Numbered from the stretch's first letter, positions 40,812 to 51,854 are shown. The stretch: DNA of 64,000 nucleotides from an uncultured delta proteobacterium (GCA_963816395.1 CAWFKQ010000007.1:192001-256000), one strand, 5' to 3'. The notes: a model not told the origin generated them from the letters alone. Made by a program: numbers and translations.

Positions 40812-42012
40812 TGGGCGGATCGGAATCCGGCAGCATGGTGAGTCGGGTGGCGACGGAGCGACCACTCGCTGGCCAGCGGGTCGCCTTCACCGGCCGCCTC
40901 GCCGTCATGGACCGCCGGCAGGCCAAGCGCCTGGTGCAGGATGCCGGGGGCCTAGCAATGGAGCATCTCTCCCGCCGCACCTCCCTGCTGGTGGTGGGAT
41001 TGCAGGGATGGCCGGTGCTGCCCGACGGCTCGATCAGTCGCAAGCTGGAGCAGGCGGAAAAGATGGTGAATCAGGGGCATTCGCTGGAAATCGTCTCAGA
41101 GGAGGTTTTTCTGCAACGGCTGGGGCTGCGCCCCGTCCGGCGCACCGGCTTGCAGACCTGCAGCCTGCAGCAGGCCGCCTGCATTCTCGGCACGGAGGAA
41201 GGACGTGATTCGTCGCTGCGGGCTGTTCGGGCTGGTGCGTACTGAGGGCGATGTTCTCGATTTTAAGGATCTGGTCTCCCTGCGTTCACTTCTGCGGTTG
41301 GTGCGGGGAGGAATGACTCCGTACGCCATCGCTCGTGGTCTGAGCCGGCTCTCCCCGCATCTGCCCGAGGTCGATCAGCCCCTGGCGCAAATACGCCTGA
41401 TCGCCGGGGAAGGAGGCGATCTGCTGGCGGAATTGCAGGGGGTCCGGATGGATGCCCGAGGTCAGTTTTTTCTTGATTTTTCGGGGGGAGGCCCGCCTCA
41501 GCCAGCCCCGCCGTTGCGCCTGGCGCGACCGCAACAGCCGGCCGCGGAAGATCCCTGCCACTGGTTCGACCGGGCGCTTGAATGTGAAGATGATGGCGAT
41601 CCGGAGGGAGCGCAGCAGGGTTACCGGCGAGCGCTGGCAATTGACTCCGCAGTTCGTCGAAGCCCGCTATAATCTGGCCAATCTGCTGCTGCGCGGCGAT
41701 GCCCCGGCGGCGGCGGCAGCCCATTACCGGATCGCGCTGCAGCAGGAACCGGATTTAGCCTGCGCCTGGTATAATCTGGCCTATGCCTTGGCCGAACAGG
41801 GACTGTTCGAGGAGGCTGCGAACGCCCTGACCCGCGCTCTGGGAATTCTCCCCGCCAACCCCGACGCCCATTTCAACCTGGCCCTCTGCTACGAAGAACT
41901 CGACCGCCACCAGGAGGCGATTCACCACTGGCAGGCATTTCTCCGCCTCGCCCCGACCGGCGAATGGGCAGAAATAGCCCGTTGCCACCTGCGTTTTACC
42001 GACGTGAATTGA
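40811..42012 (+). CDS. BRCT + MerR-like HTH + TPR protein (frameshifts near 41201 and 41647)
   Basis: LAGQRVAFTGRL..MDR..A..LVQDAGG...SRRTSLLVVG..K...A.....EIVSE..F BRCT; SLQQAACILG..VIRR...GLV HTH; 4 TPR-like repeats. Confidence 0.82.
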
Positions 42013-42015
42013 CGC

Positions 42016-42405
42016 TCAACCCTGCTGACGAAAGGCAATCTGCACCTGGTCCATGACCTCGCGGGTACGGACGTCCATCAAAATGACCGCGGACCCGGCG
42101 CGAAAACGCACATAGCCCGGCGGTAGAGAGGAAAGTTTCTCCATCAACGCCTGCGGCAGGGGCTCTCCGGCCAGGTCGGGAGGGACTTTGGCGGTAATCT
42201 CCAGGCGGTTTTGCAGTTCAGGAGCGAGCAACGAAGGATTGGCGATTCCCGGAGGAAAAGGATAGTTGCGATAATAATCGTGAATCAGCTGCCGGTCCCG
42301 GGGCGTGAACCGCACCACGGCCCCGGGCACCTGAGCCGGTGGCTCCTCCGGAATAGCGCATCCCAGCACGAACATCCCGATCATCCCCATCAGAACCGCT
42401 CGCAT
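42016..42405 (-). CDS. Small lipoprotein (RcnB-like periplasmic type)
   Basis: VLGC lipobox; RF...DR.LI.DYY..PPGIA and LPPGY motifs. Confidence 0.7.
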   Translation of the reverse strand: MRAVLMGMIGMFVLGCAIPEEPPAQVPGAVVRFTPRDRQLIHDYYRNYPFPPGIANPSLLAPELQNRLEITAKVPPDLAGEPLPQALMEKLSSLPPGYVRFRAGSAVILMDVRTREVMDQVQIAFRQQG

Positions 42406-42561
42406 CTGCCGTTTCTCTCTTCCTGTTCTTTTGCCCTCCATTATACCCGGTATCCGCCGGTCCGGTTTCAGAGCGAAAGTGCTAGATCGGTCCGTCACCT
42501 TGATTTTTAGTTAAAATAATTTAAAATTCTGGGAGTCCCCTGGCCAAGGAGGAGTCTGTCG

Positions 42562-43842
42562 ATGGAAGCCGTATTGCCTCTGGACCGGACGGTCCGCACC
42601 AGTCTCGCCCTGCTCCATGATCTGCTGGGGAATTTGCATCTAGGTGAGATCGCTGTCCGCCTCTGGGATGGGACGCTGTGGAAAAATTCGTCGCACCCGC
42701 GCTGCACCCTGGTGCTGAAGAGTCCCGGGGCGCTGCGCCGGATGTTTTCACCACCCAGCCAGTTAGCCTTGGGTGAAGCTTACATTAACGACGATTTCGA
42801 TATCGAAGGAGATATCGAGGCAGGATTCACTCTGGCCGATTGCCTCTTCGAACTGCAATGGGGACTGCTGGAAAAGCTTCGTTTCGGCCGCTATCTTTGG
42901 AGTCTGCCTGCCGCCGGCCCGGCAGGTCGGGCGCAGCCGGCAAAACTCAGCGGCCGGGTCCATTCTCGAATGCGCGATGCCCAGGCGGTCCGCTTCCATT
43001 ACGACAGATCAAATGATTTTTTCCGCCTGTGGCTCGACCCCCGAATGATCTACTCCTGCGCCTACTTCAAAACGGCGGGAGAAAATCTGGAGGCGGCACA
43101 GGAGCATAAACTGGATTATCTCTGCCGCAAGCTGCGCCTGCAGGCAGGAGAGCAGTTGCTGGACATCGGCTGCGGCTGGGGCGGGCTGGTGATCCACGCC
43201 GCCCGTCATTACGGCGTGCGGGCACATGGCATCACCCTCAGCCGACCCCAAGCCGAGTTGGCCGGCGCACGCATTCGTGAGGCTGGACTGGAAGACCACT
43301 GCCGGGTGGAGGTGCTTGATTACCGAGACCTGCAGCGACCGAACTGCTATGATAAAATTGTTAGTGATGGCATGTTCGAGCACATCGGCGCAGCCCGTTT
43401 GCCGGATTACTTCAGCCAGACCTGGCGCCTGCTGCGGCCAGGAGGCACCTTCATCAATCACGGCATTGCCAGCAGTCTGGCTCACCCCCTATCGGCGAAT
43501 CCCTCCTTCATCGATCGTTACGTGTTCCCCGACAGCGAACTACCGTCGCTCACCGACACCCTCCGGGTGGCCGAAATGACCGGTTTCGAAGTCCGCGACG
43601 TAGAGAGTCTGCGGGAGCATTACACCATGACCCTGCGCCACTGGGTCCAGCGCCTCGAGCATTGCCGCGAGGAAGCGGTGCGGCTGACCGATGAGGCGAC
43701 CTACCGCATCTGGCGACTGTACATGGCCGGTTCCGCCCACGCTTTCAAAATGGGCCGCCTCAATATCTACCAGACCATGCTGGTCAAGGCCGACCTGGGT
43801 GACAGCGGACTACCGCTCAACCGGCAGGACTGGTATCAATGA
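42562..43842 (+). CDS. cfa: Cyclopropane-fatty-acyl-phospholipid synthase family methyltransferase
   Basis: HYD.SNDFF, MIYSCAYF, LLDIGCGWG, GMFEHIG, YVFP and R.WRLYMA motifs. Confidence 0.92.
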   Translation: MEAVLPLDRTVRTSLALLHDLLGNLHLGEIAVRLWDGTLWKNSSHPRCTLVLKSPGALRRMFSPPSQLALGEAYINDDFDIEGDIEAGFTLADCLFELQWGLLEKLRFGRYLWSLPAAGPAGRAQPAKLSGRVHSRMRDAQAVRFHYDRSNDFFRLWLDPRMIYSCAYFKTAGENLEAAQEHKLDYLCRKLRLQAGEQLLDIGCGWGGLVIHAARHYGVRAHGITLSRPQAELAGARIREAGLEDHCRVEVLDYRDLQRPNCYDKIVSDGMFEHIGAARLPDYFSQTWRLLRPGGTFINHGIASSLAHPLSANPSFIDRYVFPDSELPSLTDTLRVAEMTGFEVRDVESLREHYTMTLRHWVQRLEHCREEAVRLTDEATYRIWRLYMAGSAHAFKMGRLNIYQTMLVKADLGDSGLPLNRQDWYQ

Positions 43843-43849
43843 GCAATGC

Positions 43850-45016
43850 TCAGGCAGCAGTCAACCAGTCCTGAATCTCCTTTTCGCGCGCCCCCCAGGA
43901 GCCTCCCAACCGCTCGTGCAGGAAGTCGAGATAGAGACTGTCGAACATCTGCAGGGCAGTCTCCAGCAGGTACATGCGCTCGAAAAATACCGCCTCCTTT
44001 TCCGCCGACTCGTCCACCCTGTCGTCTTTCTCCACTTTCACTCCCGGCGATTTGAGGGAGGCAAAATGAAACAACCCTCCCTTGAGGGTCAAACGCCAGG
44101 AATCCTCCCCTTTTTCCAGGTATAAAGTCGCGTCGGTGATCTGCTTCTCTTCCTGCAGTGCGGTGCATACCTCCCGGTACCGCCCCTGCGGACCGGCCAC
44201 CGTGACCTTCTGCACCCCGTCTTCACCGCCACCGAGCAGAATCAGTCGGTCGTTCAGATAAGCGACGAACGCCTCCCCATCCCCTGCCGGTCCCGGCCGG
44301 CTGATTCGGAATTCCCCCGTACCTTTCATCGTCTGGTGCATCAGCCAAAGCAGAAAATCGGCACCGAGCCACTGGTTCTCCTTAATCAGGTCGAGCACGG
44401 CGCCGCCCGCCGCCCGGTTGGCCTGACGCAAGGCGGATAGCAACTCGCCTTCCAGCAACAGCTCGGCGCGGGCAAAGGGATGCACCGGCACCAGGCGCAA
44501 ACCGTCGAAAGTGGTTCGGAAAAGGGAATCGAAAAGTTCCCCGACCTTGGAATTCAGACTCGACAGGGTGACCAGCCCGTTACGGAGATCCCAGACCGCA
44601 TCGTAAGTGGCGGGAGTCGGCAGAACGCGGGCCAGAAGACTGCCGCGTACGGCCTCGCGCAACTCCTCCCGCCGGGCCTTGGGGACCCGTTGCAGCCCCG
44701 GATTGGCCCGGAGGAATTCGTCCTGGGCCTGCTGAAAATACGAACGGAACAGCGGCCCGGGAATCCGCCGCTGGTCCCTGCGCAGGGTGAAAGTCAGGTA
44801 CTGGTCGCGGCAGAACGCCTGCGGGAAATCGAAAGTGCTTTCCCGCGGATCATCCAGGTGGACCCAGCCGACCGACAGTTCGTCGGTCGACTGGTCGATC
44901 GATCGGAACCCCTGGCGGGACAACCGCTCTCTGGCCCATTCGAAATCAACGGCAGGGGGCGGATCGCCAATCACCCGAAACTGACAAATGCTGACCGTAT
45001 TGGCAAGCAGGCCCAT
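43850..45016 (-). CDS. RdgC-like recombination-associated protein (deltaproteobacterial long form)
   Basis: F..ID....E.SVGWV, FTLRRDQRRIP, R.EL.EAV...LL..VLP and WLG.DFLLWL motifs. Confidence 0.7.
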   Translation of the reverse strand: MGLLANTVSICQFRVIGDPPPAVDFEWARERLSRQGFRSIDQSTDELSVGWVHLDDPRESTFDFPQAFCRDQYLTFTLRRDQRRIPGPLFRSYFQQAQDEFLRANPGLQRVPKARREELREAVRGSLLARVLPTPATYDAVWDLRNGLVTLSSLNSKVGELFDSLFRTTFDGLRLVPVHPFARAELLLEGELLSALRQANRAAGGAVLDLIKENQWLGADFLLWLMHQTMKGTGEFRISRPGPAGDGEAFVAYLNDRLILLGGGEDGVQKVTVAGPQGRYREVCTALQEEKQITDATLYLEKGEDSWRLTLKGGLFHFASLKSPGVKVEKDDRVDESAEKEAVFFERMYLLETALQMFDSLYLDFLHERLGGSWGAREKEIQDWLTAA

Positions 45017-45752
45017 GCAGATACTCCTCTGGCAAGTACTTGATAATGGAAAGACATGGCAGGAGAAGGCGACGGCTATATTCCTTGTGGCTGGCCGCCA
45101 GTTCCTCCAGGCGCTCTCGATCGAGCAGGGTGATTGATTTGCCGCTCACCTCGATCAGCGCATCATCGGATAGCTTACGCAGGGTTCGCGACAGAGTCTC
45201 GCTGACAGTACCGAGATTGGAGGCAAGTTGGGATTTGGAGATGGGCAGATCGACCCGGCTCTTTTGCGGCCCAGCCAGTTCCAGGATATAACGAGCCAGA
45301 CGGGAAGGAACATCCTTGAAGGTAAGCTCCTCAATCTGTGCCGCGAACTGACGGAGAAATTTTGAAAGGCCGGCGATCATGTTGATGGCGATCTGTGCAT
45401 GTTCGTGCAGAAGCTGCAGAAATTCCCGTTTGGGAAAGAAGATCAGTTGCGATTTTTCCAGCGGCTCGGCATAAGCCGGATACTGGCCGCTGCCGAAGAT
45501 GGCTGCCTCAGCGAAGGTACCGCCCGGATGGACGATGTGCAGAATTCTCTCCTTGCCGTCGGGGGAGAGTTTATAGATTTTTACCTTTCCGGTGGCAATT
45601 ACAAAGAATCCCTGGGCCTCCTCCCCTTCGGAAAACAGCAGCTCTCCCTTCGCATATTGACGGGAGCGGCTGATCCGCTCAAGGGATTCCAGGTCCTCAG
45701 AGGTGGTACCGGCAAACATAGGGCAATTTTTGATAAAGGCTCCGGAATTCAT
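44946..45752 (-). CDS. Crp/Fnr-family regulator (true end probably near 45075)
   Basis: LFSEGE..GFF...GKVKIYK..DGKE.ILH, FAEAA and ASNLGTVSETLSR HTH; the tail overlapping the next gene looks like read-through. Confidence 0.92.
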   Translation of the reverse strand: MNSGAFIKNCPMFAGTTSEDLESLERISRSRQYAKGELLFSEGEEAQGFFVIATGKVKIYKLSPDGKERILHIVHPGGTFAEAAIFGSGQYPAYAEPLEKSQLIFFPKREFLQLLHEHAQIAINMIAGLSKFLRQFAAQIEELTFKDVPSRLARYILELAGPQKSRVDLPISKSQLASNLGTVSETLSRTLRKLSDDALIEVSGKSITLLDRERLEELAASHKEYSRRLLLPCLSIIKYLPEEYLHGPACQYGQHLSVSGDWRSAPCR

Positions 45753-45873
45753 GGCTAGGGAGTGTAGCAGATGCCAGGGTTACTGGCAAGAGATAGGGAA
45801 GGAAGGTTCAGCTTTTCACTGGAGAAATGAACAGCGCCGGGCTATTCTACGGGCAATTTCCAAGGAGGTTCCC

Positions 45874-46185
45874 ATGAGAAAACTGTGTTTTCTTCTGTTC
45901 CTGCTGATCCTGCCCGCTGGCAGCGGTCTAGCGACCGAAGGCCCCTCGGTCGATCTGGGAAAACGGCTGTTCGCGTCGCCGGCCCTCGGCAGCAATGGGA
46001 AAAGCTGTACCAGCTGTCATCCCGGGGGTAAGGGGCTAGAGGGGAGCGGCGCCTATGATGATAACCGGCTCAAGGAGGTGATCAACGCCTGCATCCGCCA
46101 GGCTCTCCAGGGGAGACCCCTGGCCATCGAGTCGCAGGAACTCGACTCGATGCTCCTCTACCTGCGGGCCATGGCAGGGAGATAG
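45874..46185 (+). CDS. Monoheme cytochrome c
   Basis: AAGGAGG RBS, signal peptide, CTSCH and distal INACI. Confidence 0.88.
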   Translation: MRKLCFLLFLLILPAGSGLATEGPSVDLGKRLFASPALGSNGKSCTSCHPGGKGLEGSGAYDDNRLKEVINACIRQALQGRPLAIESQELDSMLLYLRAMAGR

Positions 46186-46191
46186 ACGTCT

Positions 46192-46584
46192 TCAGCAGCC
46201 ACACCCGCAATTGTGGCAGACGCGTTTGTTGCTCCCCTCCGGCTCGATCGTTTCCGGAGCGAAGGCGACGCGGTTAATCCCGCGGCGGATGTCCTCCAGC
46301 AGGTCGCAGTCGGGGCTGGCACCAATGATGTGCCCCAGGCAGAGATTGGCAATGCTGTCCTGCGGCGAGCGGATGCGGACGCAGTTCAGCAGATCTCCGT
46401 AGCCTTTCACCTCCAAGGTGAGACTGACGTCATCCTGGCGGTTCAGGCGGATGCCGAAGCGCCCGAGTTCCGCCGCCAGATCGTGAAAGAACCCAGCCAG
46501 CAAATGGTCATCAATGTCATATTGCCAGTCGCCGCGCGGGAACCGCCGGCCATAGAAAACAATTGTAATTTCCTTCTCGTTCAT
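46192..46584 (-). CDS. Hypothetical protein with C-terminal CHNCGCGC
   Basis: 130-aa ORF within the operon; Cys cluster at the extreme C-terminus. Confidence 0.75.
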   Translation of the reverse strand: MNEKEITIVFYGRRFPRGDWQYDIDDHLLAGFFHDLAAELGRFGIRLNRQDDVSLTLEVKGYGDLLNCVRIRSPQDSIANLCLGHIIGASPDCDLLEDIRRGINRVAFAPETIEPEGSNKRVCHNCGCGC

Positions 46585-46596
46585 TCCAGCTCTCGT

Positions 46597-47005
46597 TCAC
46601 TGTCCCGGCGGCGGAAGCAGTCGCACCCCCGGCGTGTCGCCGCTCGCCGGGTCGAGGGGAACCCGACGCAGGGTTACTGTTTTCAGGCCCTCTTCCCCCG
46701 GCCGGAGGAACTCCAGGGTTACTGGTGCCCCCGCCTTTCCCCACAGGTATTGGGCGGCCACCTCGCTGAAATCGCTTCCGCGCAGAGGGAAATCGTCGAC
46801 CTTGACAACCAGGTCGCCGGGGCTCAGGCCAGCCGACGGCCGCCGGGCTATCCGCCACCACCTTGAGGACCACCAGTTCGCCGTCGGCGGTGGGAACCAC
46901 CGCCAGGCCGATGCCGCCGAACGGCTTCTCACCGCCGGCCGCGGCTCCGGCAAGGAGCATGACCGCCAGCACAATAAACATCAGGAGGCGCATCCGCCGC
47001 ATCAA
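46597..47005 (-). CDS. Exported single-PDZ protein (frameshift near 46838)
   Basis: Signal peptide; FGGIGL..V.KV..DSPA joined to AGL.PGDLVVKVD..L.G..G..VTL. Confidence 0.75.
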
Positions 47006-47015
47006 ACATCATCCT

Positions 47016-47630
47016 TCACAGCTGGTGAATCCAGGAGGTATCACCGCTTCCCTGCCGCAAAATCTCCACCCGGTCATTGACCAGGCTGATCACCGTAGAG
47101 GGGTCGCCCAGGCGGATTCCGCCATCCACCACCAGGTCGAGTTGATGCCCCATCGTCTCCTCGATGGTCGCCGGATCCTGCACGGGCTCTTCGCCGCTCG
47201 GGTTAGCGCTTGTGGTCACCAGGGGATGCCCGAGTTCACGCACGACGGCCAAGGCTATCGGATCATCGGGAATGCGGATTCCCACCGTTCGCTGGCGGGT
47301 GGTGAGAAGGTCGGGAACGACCCGCGTCGCCTCGAGGACGAAGGTGAAGGGCCCGGGCAGCTGACGCTTCATGGTCTTGAAGGCGAAGTTGCTGACCTGG
47401 GCGTAATTGGCGGCATCCGACAGATCTGCGCAGATGAAGGAAAACGGCTTGCGGGGGTCGCGCTGTTTGATCTGATAGATCTTTTTGACCCCCTTTTTGT
47501 TGAAGATGTCACAACCGATGCCGTAGATGGTATCGGTGGGATAGGCGATCACGCCGCCTTCCTTCAAAATTTCGACTACCCGATGGATTAGGCGAAGCTG
47601 CGGATTCTGCGGATTGATGGAGAGCAGCAT
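47016..47630 (-). CDS. Sua5/YciO/YrdC-family protein (YciO-like)
   Basis: SINPQNPQ.R, YPTDTIYG, LPGPFT, GIRIPD, TTSAN and PSTVI motifs. Confidence 0.92.
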   Translation of the reverse strand: MLLSINPQNPQLRLIHRVVEILKEGGVIAYPTDTIYGIGCDIFNKKGVKKIYQIKQRDPRKPFSFICADLSDAANYAQVSNFAFKTMKRQLPGPFTFVLEATRVVPDLLTTRQRTVGIRIPDDPIALAVVRELGHPLVTTSANPSGEEPVQDPATIEETMGHQLDLVVDGGIRLGDPSTVISLVNDRVEILRQGSGDTSWIHQL

Positions 47631-47724
47631 ACGATCGTCCCTCCCTGGGGCAATCAAGGCCTCCTAAAGGCCGAAATGGTGCAAGTATACCCGATTTGAC
47701 CGGCCGCGGGGGAGAGGCGGGCGG

Positions 47725-48003
47725 TCACAGGAGATATTTCAGATCTTTTACCCCTTCCAGAGCGGCATAGATGGCCTGCAACTGAGCCATATTCTGCAAC
47801 CGCACGATCACCGAGACGCACAGGTAGGAATTCTCGGCGCTCGGCCGCAGGCGCAGAGCGTCGAGCGGCACGGGAAGAACGCTGCCGACGGCACTCCTTA
47901 CCGCCTCAGCAAAGGCGGGCTCATTCGGCCCGAAAGCCTTGAACATGTAGTCGCAGGGGAATGAAAGCAGCTCTGCCAAACGTCGCTGGCGGTCCATGTT
48001 CAT
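47725..48003 (-). CDS. DUF493/YbeD-like protein
   Basis: LL.FPC.Y.FKAFG, RPS...Y..VS and QL.AIY..L motifs. Confidence 0.85.
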   Translation of the reverse strand: MNMDRQRRLAELLSFPCDYMFKAFGPNEPAFAEAVRSAVGSVLPVPLDALRLRPSAENSYLCVSVIVRLQNMAQLQAIYAALEGVKDLKYLL

Positions 48004-48455
48004 CCCTTCCGGCGCAAGCCGGTATGGCCGAACCCTCCATCGTTGCGCTGCGTCTCGTCCAGGCTCTCGACCAGGGACAGGGCAGCACGCTGCACGGGTG
48101 CGATGATCAGTTGGGCAATCCGGTCGCCGGATTCGACCACAACTTCTTCAGTGCCGAGGTTGATGAGAATAACACCGATCTCTCCTCGGTAATCGGCATC
48201 GATGGTGCCGGGGGTATTGACCATGGAAACCCCTTTTCTCAGAGCCAGACCGGAGCGGGGGCGAACTTGCCCCTCATAGCCGGCGGGGATGGCCATGGCG
48301 ATACCGGTCGGCACCAGCGCCCGTTCCCCGGGGAGCAGACGCAACGGAATCTCCAGCGCCGCGTGCAGATCCATGCCGGCGGCACCTTCGGTCATATACC
48401 GGGGAACAACGGCGGTTTCCCGCATCTTTTTGATCCTGATCTCGATCGGTTGCAA
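48000..48455 (-). CDS. dut: dUTP diphosphatase
   Basis: [26 protein letters not shown] and R..GGFGHTG motifs. Confidence 0.97.
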   Translation of the reverse strand: MQPIEIRIKKMRETAVVPRYMTEGAAGMDLHAALEIPLRLLPGERALVPTGIAMAIPAGYEGQVRPRSGLALRKGVSMVNTPGTIDADYRGEIGVILINLGTEEVVVESGDRIAQLIIAPVQRAALSLVESLDETQRNDGGFGHTGLRRKG

Positions 48456-48475
48456 AGCCCCCCTTCCCTCCCTGA

Positions 48476-49753
48476 TCAGGTTTCGAGCGTCAGGTCGAGG
48501 GATTTCAAATCCGTTTCTCCGACCCTGCCGATCACCTGCAGATTGAGGTATTCGTCCATCAAGATGGCGGCCGCAACCTCCCGCACACCTTCCGCGGTTA
48601 CCTTGCTGATACCACTGAGAACTTCCTTCGTCGGCTGCTGCCGTCCCAGGTAAATCTCGTTCTTGGCTATCCGGGTCATGCGATTATCGGTACTCTCCAG
48701 TGAAAGCAGGAGATTGCCCTTAAGCTGATCCTTAGCTGCCTGAAGTTCCTCTTCGGGAACCACATCGCAGCGCAACCGGCGCAGTTCGTTGAGCATGATA
48801 CGGATGACTTTGTGGGTATCGGCAGGAGAAGTGCCGGAATAAGTAACCAGGGAGCCGGCATCGGAGTGGCAGTTGAGGTAGCTGTAAATGGAGTAGGCGA
48901 GCCCCTGCTCCTCGCGGATTTTCTGGAAGAGGCGGGAACTCATGCTCCCGCCGAGGATTGAATTGAGCAGATAGGATTCGTAACGTTGGGGGTGATTCTG
49001 CGGCAGGGCTCTGGTTCCGAGGCAGATGTGGATCTGCTCGAGATCCTTTTCGTCGATACCGACCCCCCGCCGATAGGAGGAAAATGGCCGGGGAGAAACC
49101 CGCAGGCCGGACGCCACTCCGGTAAAGGCGGTGGCGATCGCGTCGACAATCTGCTCATGCTCGAGATTGCCGGCGGCGCTGATCAGAATGTTGTCTCCGC
49201 AGTAGCGCTCCGCCAGAAAACCTTGTAATTCTTCGCGGCTGATCCCATCCACCGTTTCCCGGGTGCCCAGGACGGGAAAACCGAGGGGATGGTCCTTCCA
49301 GATCATCTGGCTGAAGAGATCATGGATATAGTCATCGGGGGTATCCTCCAGCATGTGAATCTCCTGGAGGATGACCCTGCGCTCCTTCTCCATTTCTTCC
49401 CGATCGAAAACGGAATGGAGCACGATATCGGAAAGGAGATCGATAGCCATGGGCAGCTTATTGGCCAGCACCTTGGCGTAGTAGCAGCTGTATTCGCGGC
49501 TGGTAAAGCCGTTCAGCACTCCCCCGGCCGAATCGATTTCCTTGGCGATTTCAAGAGCACTGCGGCGATCGGTCCCCTTGAACAGCATGTGCTCGACGAA
49601 GTGGGAGATTCCGTGCTGCGCCGGCCTCTCGTGCCGCGATCCGTTTTCAACCCAGAAGCCAACGGTTACTGAGTGGGCCGGAGATATCTTCTCGGTAACG
49701 ACACGAATGCCGTTACCGAGTGTCGTTTTACGCACTAGCCGTTCCGTCTGCAC
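48476..49753 (-). CDS. M16 (pitrilysin-family) zinc peptidase
   Basis: [11 protein letters not shown] inverted motif and [14 protein letters not shown]. Confidence 0.94.
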   Translation of the reverse strand: MQTERLVRKTTLGNGIRVVTEKISPAHSVTVGFWVENGSRHERPAQHGISHFVEHMLFKGTDRRSALEIAKEIDSAGGVLNGFTSREYSCYYAKVLANKLPMAIDLLSDIVLHSVFDREEMEKERRVILQEIHMLEDTPDDYIHDLFSQMIWKDHPLGFPVLGTRETVDGISREELQGFLAERYCGDNILISAAGNLEHEQIVDAIATAFTGVASGLRVSPRPFSSYRRGVGIDEKDLEQIHICLGTRALPQNHPQRYESYLLNSILGGSMSSRLFQKIREEQGLAYSIYSYLNCHSDAGSLVTYSGTSPADTHKVIRIMLNELRRLRCDVVPEEELQAAKDQLKGNLLLSLESTDNRMTRIAKNEIYLGRQQPTKEVLSGISKVTAEGVREVAAAILMDEYLNLQVIGRVGETDLKSLDLTLET

Positions 49754-51854
49754 CTAGGCCTCTTCCAGGGTCTGGCCCAGGGCCTCCTTACGGGAAAGTT
49801 TGATTTTCCCCTGCTTGTCGATGCCGATGCATTTGACCAGGACCTGGTCTCCTTCGTTGAGAATGTCGGTGACATTGCGCACTCTTTCCTTGTCGAGTTC
49901 CGAGACATGGACCAAGCCGTCCGTGCCGGGGAAAATCTCGACAAAGGCACCGAACTCCATCACTTTCCTGACCGTCCCCATATACAGTTTACCAACTTCG
50001 GCTTCCTGGGTAAGGTCCCGGATCATCTTGATCGCCTGACGGCATGCATCCCCATCGGCAGAAGCGATATGGATCCTTCCGTCATCTTCAATGTCGATAG
50101 CGCATCCGGTCGCCTCGATGATCGAGCGGACATTCTTACCGCCAGAACCGATCACCACCCGCACCTGATCGGGCTTGACATGGATGGTGGTAATACGCGG
50201 CGCATAGGGGGAGAGATCGGGCCGCGGGGCGGCGATCGTCTCGGCCATCTTGCCGAGAATGTGGATGCGCCCTTCCCTGGCCTGCTCCAGCGCCTGCTGC
50301 ATGATCTCCCGATTGACGCCGGTGATTTTGATGTCCATCTGCAGGGCGGTAACGCCCTTGTCGGAGCCGGTGACCTTGAAATCCATATCCCCGAGATGAT
50401 CTTCATCCCCGAGGATATCGGAAAGGACGGCCACCTGGTCCCCTTCTTTGATCAGCCCCATGGCAATGCCGGCGACTGAACCGGTCACCGGAACCCCGGC
50501 ATCCATCAGGGCCAGGGTGGAACCGCAGACCGAAGCCATGGAGGAAGAACCGTTCGACTCCAGAATGTCGGAGACGATACGGATGGTATACGGGAACGCC
50601 TCATGTTTGGGCAGGATCTTGGCGACGGAGCGCTCGGCCAGGTACCCGTGGCCGATCTCGCGGCGACCGGGGAACAGGCGCATGCTGGTCTCCCCGACGC
50701 TGAACGGAGGGAAATTGTAGTGCAGCAGGAACTTCTTGAACTCCATCCCCTGCACATTGTCCATGCGCTGCTCGTCCATCGAGGTCCCCAGGGCGACGGC
50801 CACCAGGGCCTGGGTCTCGCCGCGGGTGAAAAGCGCACTGCCATGGGCGCGGGGAAGCAGCCCCACTTCATTGGTGATCGGCCGCACGGTGCGCATGTCG
50901 CGGCCGTCGATGCGCACCTTGTCGCGGATGATCATCTGCCGCACAATCCGCTTCTCGACCTTGCCGAGCAGAGCGGCGATTTCTCCCTGCCGCCCTTCGA
51001 ACTCGGCTGGCCAGCGCCTCCATGCACTTCGTCCTTGACCTGGTCGACGGCGGCATAGCGCTCCTGCTTGGTGCGAATGCTGCACGGCGCTGTCGATTTT
51101 CTCCTCGGCCAGGGCGTTGACCCTGGCTTCCAGGCTCGGGATCGATACCGGGGACGGCAAATTCGCGCTTGGTGTTGCCGACCAGTTCCCGCAATTTGAC
51201 CTGGGCCTCGATCAGCGGCTGAAGCGACTGATGGCCGAAGAAGATCGCCTCCAGCATGTCGTTCTCGGACAGGAAGTCAGCCTCCCCCTCGACCATGATG
51301 ACGGCATCCCTGGAGCCGGCGACAATGATCTCGAGATCGCTCTCGGCGATCTGCTGCCGCGTTGGGTTGGCGATCCATTTGCCCTCTACCCGGCCGACGC
51401 GGACAGCGGCGATCGGCCCGGCGAAGGGGATATCGGAAACTTCGACGGCAGCCGAAGCAGCGACAATGGCGAGGGTATCAGGGTCGTTGATCAGGTCGGC
51501 GGAGATGACCGTCGGCATGATTTGAGTCTCGAACATATACCCTTTAGGGAAGAGCGGCCGCATCGGCCGGTCGATGAGACGGCAGATCAGCGTTTCGCGC
51601 TCGGTGGCGCCGCGCTCGCGGCGAAAGAACGATCCGGGAATCTTGCCGGCGGCGTAGAATTTTTCCTGATAGTTGACGGTCAGGGGGAAAAATCCCTGCC
51701 CTTCCCGCATCTGCTTGGCAGAGACGGCGGTGCACAGGACTTTGGTGCCGCCGTAGGTAACCACCGTGGCGCCGTCCGCCTGCCGGGCCATTTTCCCCGT
51801 CTCAATGGTCAGGGGCTGTCCGTTGAAATCGATTTCAATCTTTTGAAAAGCCAT
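49754..51854 (-). CDS. pnp: Polyribonucleotide nucleotidyltransferase (several indels at 51000-51140)
   Basis: [35 protein letters not shown] and S1 domains. Confidence 0.96.
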
